DNA of 64,000 nucleotides from Arenicellales bacterium. GTDB lineage: Bacteria; Pseudomonadota; Gammaproteobacteria; Arenicellales; JBFEOO01. A program made the translations under genes and the position numbers. Below are positions 38,584 through 46,851 of the stretch, piece by piece. The notes under the pieces are model-generated. The model was not told the DNA's origin. It searched no databases and worked only from the letters and a program-made list of their open reading frames with translations. The stretch lies in NCBI GenBank assembly GCA_041550555.1, contig JBFEOO010000005.1:14017-78016 (forward strand). Direction: 5' to 3'. Positions within the stretch are counted from its first letter, which is position 1; each line of letters opens with the position of its first letter.

Positions 38584-38845
38584 GGGGGACGTCGCTCACC
38601 CGCAGAGGGCGGCTCGGCGGGCACTTGCGCCGGCACAAGCCTGGCGGCGCGTTGGCGAGCGCGGAGCGGTCGCTCTGTCCACCGCACGGCGGCCCGCTCG
38701 TGCTGCTCGCGCGCGATGGTTCGGGCGGACGGCCCGGTGCGAAGCCCCACCGTGCTCCCGGAGCCATCGCCACACGCCGTGCGACCCAAGCGGCGTGGCC
38801 GCGCAGCAACGATTCGGCGCCGCCAAGCCCGTCCGGCGACCAAAG

Positions 38846-39556
38846 TCAGGCCTGCTCGAGCGAGGCCAGCGAGCGGCGCGCGTGATAGGCAATCTGCTCG
38901 GGGGAATAGCGGTGCTCGGCGCCCACCGGGCACGCCAGGCGTGCTGCGCAGCTCGCCGCGCACGGCGACGCCGGAGCCAGCCGCTGGCGGGTGCATGCCG
39001 CGAGCCGAAATGCGCCGCCGGCGACGAGCGCCCGGCCGGGGCACGCCGCAATGCACGGCTTCTCCGCGCAGCGCTCACAGGGGGACGGTTGCCGGCGCGT
39101 CGCCGAGACCGGCAGCGCTGCGGCAACCAGAATGACCGCTCGGTAAGCGAACCACGTGCCGAACCGCGCGTGGATACCCAGCCCGAGCGGCGAGGGGTGG
39201 CTCCAACCCGCGAGCGACCCGAGCTGCTGCAACGGCAGAGGCAGCGCGGAGGGATAGAGCAGGCGAGCGGGCGGGTCGCCGAGATAGCGTCGCAGCAACG
39301 TCTCCGCGATGGCCGTGCTGAAGGTGTCGACGGGGTCGGGCCCGGCCGTCTGCGACGCCCGCAGCGCCTGCCAGAAGCGGCCGCCGCCATGCGCCATCAG
39401 CACGAGCCGCGAAAAGCGCCCCGCCTCCGGCACGCAGCGGACCAACGCCGCGGCAACGGCCCCCGGCAGAGCCGCGGTGTCGAACACGTGCGTGAGCGCA
39501 ATGCCTTGACGCTCCAGGTACCTGATCCCCGCGTGGTAGGACTGCTCCATGCTCAT
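38846..39556 (-). CDS. QueG/reductive-dehalogenase-like iron-sulfur protein (function unknown)
   Basis: 236 aa. The C-terminal Cys clusters are CERCAEKPCIAACPG and C..PC..SC....CPVG. The preceding GLGIHARFGTWFAYRAVIL resembles the QueG/RdhA core. This assignment is tentative. Confidence 0.5.
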   Translation of the reverse strand: MSMEQSYHAGIRYLERQGIALTHVFDTAALPGAVAAALVRCVPEAGRFSRLVLMAHGGGRFWQALRASQTAGPDPVDTFSTAIAETLLRRYLGDPPARLLYPSALPLPLQQLGSLAGWSHPSPLGLGIHARFGTWFAYRAVILVAAALPVSATRRQPSPCERCAEKPCIAACPGRALVAGGAFRLAACTRQRLAPASPCAASCAARLACPVGAEHRYSPEQIAYHARRSLASLEQA

Positions 39557-39724
39557 CGGCGCGTTCTCTTGCCGCACCCGGGTCGGGCACGCATCGCTCG
39601 AGGACTCGAGACGACAGGTTACCATCGGCCGGCGTCCGATGCGCGGCGCCACGGCTAACCTGGAGAGGCTTTGCGTGCGCACCGGCCGGCGCTATAGTCG
39701 CCGCCTTTGCGCACCCTTCCCGAC

Positions 39725-40654
39725 GTGGCATCGACACTCATTCAGGGCCACCGGGGCGCCCGCGGCCTGGCGCCCGAGAATTCACTGCCGGCGTTCGCCC
39801 GCGCGTTCTCGATAGGCGTGGACGCCGTCGAGCTCGACGTCGGCGTCTCGGCCGACGGCGTCGTCGTCGTCGCACACGACCGCGAGCTGAATCCGGACAT
39901 CGCCCGCCGCGCCGACGGCGCCCTGCTGACCGAGCCCACCCCGACCGTGCACGGTCTGACCCTGGAGCAGATCAAGTCGTTCACCATCGGCCGTCTGCGC
40001 CCGGGCTCGGTGTACGCACGTCGCTTCGCCGAGCAGGACCAGCTCGACGGTGTGACGATACCGACCCTCGAGGAAGTGGTCGCCCTCGCCCAGGCCGCCG
40101 CCGACGAACGCGTCCACTTCAACATCGAGATCAAGACGTCCCCTGAGCAGCCGCAGCAGACCTTGCCGCCGGAACGTTTTGCCGAGGTCGTCGTCGACGA
40201 GGTCCGCCGCTTGCGCATCGCGCGGCGCACATGGATTCAGGCATTCGATTGGGGGGTGCTGCAACACGTTCAGCGGATCGCCGCGGAGATTCCCACCGGC
40301 TACCTGAGCGCCGCGCAGAGCTGGTTCGACACCGTCCGCGCCGCCGATCCCGAGCCCTCGCCGTGGACGGCGGGTTTCAGCGTTCGCGAGTTCGGCACGC
40401 TGCCGCGAATGGTCAAGGCGGCCGGCGGCGCAATGTGGTGCCCCTACTACGAGGACGTCGAACCGGCCCGCATTGCCGAGGCCCACGCCCTCGGCCTGCG
40501 TGTCTTCGTCTGGACGGTCAACGGACCGGCCGACATGCGGCGTCTCATCGATTGGTCCATCGACGGCGTCATCTCCGACTATCCCGACCGCTTACGGCGG
40601 GTCGCCATCGAGATGGGGCGCCCGGTGCCGCCGCCCGCTCGTAACAGAAGGTGA
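39725..40654 (+). CDS. glycerophosphodiester phosphodiesterase
   Basis: GDPD motifs are IQGHRGARGLAPENSLPAF, ELDV and NIEIK. The start is uncertain: GTG at 39725 is chosen, and the longest ORF begins with TTG at 39707. Confidence 0.85.
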   Translation: MASTLIQGHRGARGLAPENSLPAFARAFSIGVDAVELDVGVSADGVVVVAHDRELNPDIARRADGALLTEPTPTVHGLTLEQIKSFTIGRLRPGSVYARRFAEQDQLDGVTIPTLEEVVALAQAAADERVHFNIEIKTSPEQPQQTLPPERFAEVVVDEVRRLRIARRTWIQAFDWGVLQHVQRIAAEIPTGYLSAAQSWFDTVRAADPEPSPWTAGFSVREFGTLPRMVKAAGGAMWCPYYEDVEPARIAEAHALGLRVFVWTVNGPADMRRLIDWSIDGVISDYPDRLRRVAIEMGRPVPPPARNRR

Positions 40655-40822
40655 ATCGGCGCAACGCCAAGGTCGGCGTGCCGCTTGCGGGCACAGCGGG
40701 GCGCCGGCGCCTGGGGCGCGAAAGGAAATTCTTGTGGGGTGCCGTTTTGCGTTACACTCGCGAGCGGTCGACCCGCCAGCGGACGACCGTGGCGGCGTCA
40801 CTATAATAATCCGAGCACTCCG

Positions 40823-42709
40823 ATGGATACCCTGCTGAGCATACGGGACCTCGAAGTCCAATTTCACATCCACGGCGGCGTGGTGGAAGCGGTCCGCGGC
40901 GTGTCGTTCGACATTCGTCAGGGTGCCACGGTGGCCCTCGTCGGCGAGTCCGGCTCGGGAAAGACCGTGACGGCGCAGGCGATCCAGGGCATCCTCCCCG
41001 AGGTGGCGCGCATCGGAGCCGGGCAGATTCTGCTGCACAATCCGAGCAAGCCCGACAGACCGATCGACATCGCCAAGCTCGAGCGCAACTCGGCGACCAT
41101 GCGCGCCATTCGCGGCGGGCGTATCTCCATGATCTTTCAGGAGCCCATGGTGTCGTTGTCGCCACTGCACACCATCGGTGACCAAATCAGCGAGGCGCTC
41201 TTCCTGCACCGCGAAGTCGGCAAACGCGAGGGCATGGCGCTGACCGTCGAGATGCTGGGCATGGTCGGCTTCCCTCACCCGGATCGGGCGCTGCGGACCT
41301 ATCCCTTCGAGCTCTCGGGCGGGCTCCGTCAGCGCGCCATGATCGCCATGGCCCTCATCTGCCATCCGGCGCTGCTCATCGCCGACGAGCCGACGACGGC
41401 GCTGGACGTGACCATCCAGGCGCAAATACTCAAGCTCATCCTCGATCTGCAGGCGGAGCTCGGGATGGCGGTGCTCATCATTACCCATGACCTCGGGGTC
41501 GTGGCGAACATCGCCGAAGAAGTCGTCGTGCTGTATCACGGCGAAGTGATGGAGAGCGGCACGGCGCAGGACATATTCGCCAACCCGGGACACCCCTACC
41601 TGCAGGCCCTGCTGCGCGCCGTGCCGCACTTCGACATGAAGGACGGTGAGCGGCTGGTGCCCGTGCGCGAGGTGCATAGCGAGGTGGGTGCGTTTCTGTC
41701 CCGGCGCGAGCCCTGGCCGGCGTCGGCCACCGATGACGGCCCGCACCTGGCGGTTCGCCACGTGAACCGCACCTTCGAGATCCGCAAGCGGGGCAGTGGC
41801 GGCGGCGGCGACGCGCGGATCAAGGCAGTCGACGACGTGGAGTTCACGATCCAGCCGGGCGAGTGTTTCGGGCTCGTCGGCGAGAGCGGCTGCGGCAAGA
41901 CGACGCTGGCCAAGATACTGATGCGGGCCATCCGTCCCGACAGCGGCGAGGTGCTCTACAACGATCGTGGCACGATCGTCGACGTGCTGGCCCTCGAGGG
42001 CGATGCCCTCTTGGAGTTCCGAAAGAGGATGCAGTTCATCTTCCAGGACCCGTTCGGCTCGCTCTCCCCCCGCATGACCGTATTCGACATTCTGCGCGAG
42101 CCGCTCATCATCCACGAGATCGGGGACGCGGCATCGCAGGCGCAGACCGCCCAGGACCTCATGCGCGTCGTGGGACTCGACCCCCGCTTCCTCAGCCGCT
42201 ACCCGCACAGCTTCTCGGGCGGACAGCGCCAGCGCATAGGTATTGCCCGCTCGCTTGCGCTTCAGCCCGACCTGCTGATCTGCGACGAGCCGGTTTCGGC
42301 GCTCGACGTCTCCATTCAGGCCCAGATTCTGAACCTGCTCAAGGATCTTCAGGAGCGGCTCGGGCTGACCTACCTCTTCATCTCTCACAACCTCGCGGTG
42401 GTGGATTACGTCGCCGACCGTATCGGGGTGATGTGCCGCGGCCGTCTTGTCGAGACGGCGCCGCGGGAGGTATTGTTTCGTAACCCCGTGCATCCGTACA
42501 CGAGGGCATTGCTGGCAGCGGTGCCATTTCCGGATCTGGACAGGCGCCTCGATTTCGAGTTAGTGATGGAGACGCGCTCCTCGGATCCCGCCGCATGGCC
42601 TGAGCCGTTCACCGTTGTCGACGAGGTTGCGACCGGCATGGTCGACCTCGGTGACGGGCACTCCGTACGCGCCGTCGCCGGGGCACAGCAAGGAGATATT
42701 CCACAATGA
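40823..42709 (+). CDS. ABC transporter ATPase with duplicated NBDs (YejF/GsiA-like, peptide/opine family)
   Basis: It has two Walker A motifs (GESGSGKT and GESGCGKT), two signatures (LSGGLRQR and FSGGQRQR) and two Walker B motifs. The start is taken at [10 protein letters not shown]. Confidence 0.9.
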   Translation: MDTLLSIRDLEVQFHIHGGVVEAVRGVSFDIRQGATVALVGESGSGKTVTAQAIQGILPEVARIGAGQILLHNPSKPDRPIDIAKLERNSATMRAIRGGRISMIFQEPMVSLSPLHTIGDQISEALFLHREVGKREGMALTVEMLGMVGFPHPDRALRTYPFELSGGLRQRAMIAMALICHPALLIADEPTTALDVTIQAQILKLILDLQAELGMAVLIITHDLGVVANIAEEVVVLYHGEVMESGTAQDIFANPGHPYLQALLRAVPHFDMKDGERLVPVREVHSEVGAFLSRREPWPASATDDGPHLAVRHVNRTFEIRKRGSGGGGDARIKAVDDVEFTIQPGECFGLVGESGCGKTTLAKILMRAIRPDSGEVLYNDRGTIVDVLALEGDALLEFRKRMQFIFQDPFGSLSPRMTVFDILREPLIIHEIGDAASQAQTAQDLMRVVGLDPRFLSRYPHSFSGGQRQRIGIARSLALQPDLLICDEPVSALDVSIQAQILNLLKDLQERLGLTYLFISHNLAVVDYVADRIGVMCRGRLVETAPREVLFRNPVHPYTRALLAAVPFPDLDRRLDFELVMETRSSDPAAWPEPFTVVDEVATGMVDLGDGHSVRAVAGAQQGDIPQ

Positions 42710-44640
42710 AGCTGAAGGATTATTGCCTGACTGCGGCGGCCGCGCTCGGTCTCGCCGCCGTATCGCTCGTCGGCGCTCCTGCTCTCGCGGTCGCCGACGA
42801 GATCCCCTCGCTCGTCGAGCGGGTCAAGGCGGGCGAGCTGCCCCCGCTCAGCGAGCGCCTCCCCGAGACGCCCCACGTGACCACGCTCGACGGTTCGGAT
42901 CTGAAACCAGGCGAGTACGGCGGCGAGCTGCGCCTTCTGATGGGCAAATCGCGCGACATTCGCATGATGTCCGTGTACGGCTATGCACGTCTGGTGAGGT
43001 ACAACAAAGAGCTCGAGATCGAGCCCGACATCCTCGAGCGTATCGATGTCGAGGACGACCGCGTGTTCACGATGCACCTGCGCAAGGGACACAAGTGGTC
43101 CGACGGACATCCCTTCACCGCCGAAGACTTTCGTTACTACTGGGAGGACGTTGCCAATAACGAAACGCTGTCGCCGTTCGGTCCGGAGCGGGAGCTGTTC
43201 GTCGACGACGAGCCGCCGAAGGTGGAGTTCCTCGACGAACACACCCTGCGCTACTCCTGGTCCAAGCCCAACCCCTATTTTCTGGTGACGCTGGCCGGCG
43301 CCCTGCCCCTTTACATTTACAGGCCGGCTCACTACCTGAAACAGTTTCACGCCAAGTACACCGACGAGGCCAAGCTGGCCGAGCTCGTCGACGAGTCGGG
43401 CTCGCGCAACTGGGCGGGGCTTCACCACCGCTACGACAAGCTCTATCGCTTCGACAATCCCGATCTGCCGGTTTTGCAGCCGTGGCTGAACACCACGGCG
43501 ATGCCCTCGGAGCGCTTCGTGTTCGTGCGCAACCCGTTCTTCCATCGCGTCGATCAGCTGGGGCGCCAGCTACCCTACATAGACACCGTGGTTCTCAACA
43601 TCGCCAGCTCGTCGCTGGTGCCAGCCAAGACCGGCTCTGGAGAATCCGATCTGCAGGCACGCTACCTGAGACTCGACAACTTTCCCTTTCTCAAGGACGG
43701 CGCGGAGCGCAACGACTACGAGGTCCGCCTGTGGCGGCACGTCTCGGGATCGCAGACGGCTCTGTACCCCAACCTCAACAGCGCCGATCCGGTGTGGCGC
43801 GCGCTGGCCCGCGACCCCCGCTTGCGACGCGCGCTCTCCCTTGCCGTAGACCGCAAGGAGATCAATCAGGTGATTTATTTCGGCTCGGTGATCGAGAGCA
43901 ACAACACGGTGCTTCCCGAAAGCCCCCTGTTCAAGCCGAAGTACCAGAAGAACTTCGCGGAGTTCGACCTGGCCAAGGCCAATGCCCTGCTCGACGAGAT
44001 CGGCCTGACGGAGCGCGACGATCGCGGTGTGCGGCTGATGTCCGATGGCCGGCCGCTGGAGATCGTCGTGCAGACCGCCGGCGAGAGCACAGAGGAGAGC
44101 GACATTCTCGAACTGGTGCACGACAGCTGGCTCAAGGCCGGCATCAAGCTCTACACCAAGCCGTCGCAACGCGAGGTGTTCCGCAATCGCGTCTATGCCG
44201 GAGAGGCGATGATGTCGGTATGGAAAGGCGTCGAAAACGGCATTCCGAACGCCAACATGAGCCCGCGGGAGTTCGCCCCCACATCTCAGGAGCAGCTGCA
44301 GTGGCCGAAGTGGGGGCAGTTCTTCGAGACCAAAGGACAGACCGGCGAAGCCCCCGATATTCCGGAGGGTCAGCGTCTCGCCGAGCTGAACGCCGCCTGG
44401 CGGGAGGCCTCCACCCGCGAGCAGAAGGAGACGATCTGGCACGAAATCCTCGATCTGCACGCGGAGCAGATCTTCAGCATCGGCATCGTGTCCGGGGCCC
44501 GGCAACCGGTCGTGGTCAACAAAAATCTGAACAACGTACCCAAGGAAGGCATCTACAACTGGGAGCCTGGGGCGTATTTCGGCATCTATCGCCCGGACAC
44601 GTTCTGGTTCAGCGAACCCCGTCGGTCGTCGAGCGGCTGA
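42706..44640 (+). CDS. periplasmic substrate-binding protein, family 5 (YejA/peptide-type)
   Basis: 644 aa with a signal peptide (AAAALGLAAVSLVGAPALAVA). It has an ATGA overlap with the ATPase gene. Confidence 0.9.
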   Translation: MKLKDYCLTAAAALGLAAVSLVGAPALAVADEIPSLVERVKAGELPPLSERLPETPHVTTLDGSDLKPGEYGGELRLLMGKSRDIRMMSVYGYARLVRYNKELEIEPDILERIDVEDDRVFTMHLRKGHKWSDGHPFTAEDFRYYWEDVANNETLSPFGPERELFVDDEPPKVEFLDEHTLRYSWSKPNPYFLVTLAGALPLYIYRPAHYLKQFHAKYTDEAKLAELVDESGSRNWAGLHHRYDKLYRFDNPDLPVLQPWLNTTAMPSERFVFVRNPFFHRVDQLGRQLPYIDTVVLNIASSSLVPAKTGSGESDLQARYLRLDNFPFLKDGAERNDYEVRLWRHVSGSQTALYPNLNSADPVWRALARDPRLRRALSLAVDRKEINQVIYFGSVIESNNTVLPESPLFKPKYQKNFAEFDLAKANALLDEIGLTERDDRGVRLMSDGRPLEIVVQTAGESTEESDILELVHDSWLKAGIKLYTKPSQREVFRNRVYAGEAMMSVWKGVENGIPNANMSPREFAPTSQEQLQWPKWGQFFETKGQTGEAPDIPEGQRLAELNAAWREASTREQKETIWHEILDLHAEQIFSIGIVSGARQPVVVNKNLNNVPKEGIYNWEPGAYFGIYRPDTFWFSEPRRSSSG

Positions 44641-44673
44641 GCCGCAGGGCACACGGCGAGGGAGTCCGGCACG

Positions 44674-45678
44674 ATGGACATGTTCAGCTACGTCATTCGG
44701 CGTGTGCTGATGATGATACCGACGCTGCTGGCCATCAGCATCATCGTCTTCGTCATCATTCAATTGCCGCCCGGCGACTACCTCGAGAGCCATATCGCCG
44801 AACTGCAGAGCCAGGGTGAATCCGTCGACGAGGCGAAGATTCGATTCCTTCGGCAGCATTACGGTCTCGACAAACCGCTCTATCAGCAGTACCTGTACTG
44901 GCTGTGGGGCATGCTCCACTGGGACTTCGGCTTTTCGTTCGAGTATGACCTGCCGGTGATGGACGTCGTGGGGGACCGCATGTTCCTCACCGTCATCGTC
45001 TCCTTCGTGACCATCATCTTCACGTGGATCGTCGCCTTCCCGATCGGCGTCTACTCCGCGACGCATCAGTACAGCTGGGGCGATTACGGACTCACCTTTC
45101 TGGGCTTCATCGGTCTTGCCACACCGAACTTTCTACTCGCCCTGGTGATGCTCTACCTCGCCAACGTCTACTTCGGCACCTCCATCGGCGGTCTCATGGA
45201 TCCGTCGTACATCGACCAGCCGTGGAGCTGGGACAAGTTCTTGTCGGTCCTCGAGCACCTGTGGATTCCGGTGGTGGTCATCGGCACCTCCGGCACTGCG
45301 GGCATGATCCGTCGGCTCCGCGCCAACCTGCTCGATGAGCTGCAGAAGCAATACGTGATCACGGGGTTGGCCAAGGGGCTGCCGCGCATGAAGCTCCTGG
45401 TCAAGTACCCGCTGCGCATGGCGCTCAATTTCTTCATTGCTGACATCGGCACGATTCTGCCGAGCATCATCTCCGGCGCCGAGATCGTGGCGGTCGTGCT
45501 GTCATTGCCGACCACGGGTCCCATGCTGCTCAGCGCCTTGCAGAGCCAGGACATGTATCTGGCAGGGTCGTTCCTGATGTTCTTGGCATTCCTCACGGTC
45601 GTCGGCGTGCTGGTGTCCGATCTGCTGCTCGCCGCCCTCGATCCCCGCATTCGGCTCCAGGGAGGCGTGACACGTTGA
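44674..45678 (+). CDS. ABC permease (DppB/YejB-like)
   Basis: 334 aa. The N-terminus MFSYVIRRVLMMIPTLLAISIIVFVIIQLPPGD is typical of this family. Confidence 0.9.
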   Translation: MDMFSYVIRRVLMMIPTLLAISIIVFVIIQLPPGDYLESHIAELQSQGESVDEAKIRFLRQHYGLDKPLYQQYLYWLWGMLHWDFGFSFEYDLPVMDVVGDRMFLTVIVSFVTIIFTWIVAFPIGVYSATHQYSWGDYGLTFLGFIGLATPNFLLALVMLYLANVYFGTSIGGLMDPSYIDQPWSWDKFLSVLEHLWIPVVVIGTSGTAGMIRRLRANLLDELQKQYVITGLAKGLPRMKLLVKYPLRMALNFFIADIGTILPSIISGAEIVAVVLSLPTTGPMLLSALQSQDMYLAGSFLMFLAFLTVVGVLVSDLLLAALDPRIRLQGGVTR

Positions 45679-46844
45679 GCACTACGACACCCAAGGCGCC
45701 CCTCGAGCATTTCGTCTCGACGAAGCCCTTCGATCCGCACTCGATCGAGGCGCTGACCCGGGAGCAGGAGCGCTACTACTTCGCGTCGCAGTGGCAGCTG
45801 ATGTGGTGGAAGCTCAAGCACCATCGGCTGGCCGTGGTGTCCGGCCTGGTGCTGCTGGTGATGTACGGCGCCGCCATGCTGAGCGAAGTCGTAGCGCCTT
45901 ACGAGCTGCAGTCCCGCTTCACCGACTACATTTACGCACCGCCTCAACGTCTGCATCTGTTCCACGAGGGACAGTTCATCGGACCGTTCGTGTACGGCTT
46001 CGAGTCGACCTTCGACTTCGAGACCATGAAACGCAAGTACGCCGCGAACACCGCGGACGTGCAGCCGCTGCGGTTCTTCTGCCAAGGAGATCCCTACAAG
46101 TTCTGGGGAGCGTGGCCGGCGCGCTTTCATCTCGTTTGCCCGGCCGAGGACGGCACCTTCTTCCTGCTCGGCACCGATCGCCTCGGCCGCGACATGTTCT
46201 CACGCATCATTCACGGCTCGCGCATCTCGCTCACCATCGGCCTGGTCGGCATCGTCATCAGTTTTGCCCTGGGCGTCGTCATCGGGGGTATCGCCGGCTA
46301 CTACGGTGGGCTGGTCGACACCGTGGTTCAGCGAGTGATCGAGATTCTGCGCTCGTTCCCGGAGCTGCCGCTGTGGATGGCGCTCTCGGCCGTGCTCCCC
46401 GTCAATTGGAGCCCGCTTCTGGTTTTCTTCGGGATTACCGTGATTCTCGCGCTGCTCGACTGGACGGGGCTCGCGCGCGCGGTGCGCTCCAAGCTGCTCG
46501 CGCTCAGGGAAGAGGACTACTGCACGGCGGCGCAGCTGATGGGAGCGCGCCCCCGGCGAATCATCGGCCGCCACCTGCTGCCGGGGTTCATGAGCCACAT
46601 GATCGCCTCGGCCACGCTGTCGATTCCGGCGATGATTCTCGGCGAGACGGCACTGAGCTTTCTTGGGCTCGGCCTGCGACCTCCGATCACCAGCTGGGGT
46701 GTGCTGCTCAACGAGGCTCAGAACATCAACGTCGTTGCGGTCTACCCGTGGCTGATGCTCCCGGTGGTTCCGGTGATTATCGCCATCCTGGCGTTCAACT
46801 TCTTCGGCGACGGGCTGCGCGACGCCGCCGACCCCTACAAGTAA
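45675..46844 (+). CDS. ABC permease (DppC/YejE-like)
   Basis: 389 aa. It has a TTG start overlapping the upstream stop, and contains LLGTDRLGRDMFSRIIHGSRISL. Confidence 0.9.
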   Translation: MSTTTPKAPLEHFVSTKPFDPHSIEALTREQERYYFASQWQLMWWKLKHHRLAVVSGLVLLVMYGAAMLSEVVAPYELQSRFTDYIYAPPQRLHLFHEGQFIGPFVYGFESTFDFETMKRKYAANTADVQPLRFFCQGDPYKFWGAWPARFHLVCPAEDGTFFLLGTDRLGRDMFSRIIHGSRISLTIGLVGIVISFALGVVIGGIAGYYGGLVDTVVQRVIEILRSFPELPLWMALSAVLPVNWSPLLVFFGITVILALLDWTGLARAVRSKLLALREEDYCTAAQLMGARPRRIIGRHLLPGFMSHMIASATLSIPAMILGETALSFLGLGLRPPITSWGVLLNEAQNINVVAVYPWLMLPVVPVIIAILAFNFFGDGLRDAADPYK

Positions 46845-46851
46845 CGCCCCA

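Noticed and set aside
40592-42493. 633-aa minus-strand ORF, and similar ones at 43570-45066, 45168-46130, 46915-49005, 50575-52362 and 53432-55132
   Set aside because: All are antisense to genes with strong ABC-transporter or glycosyltransferase motifs, and none has motifs of its own.
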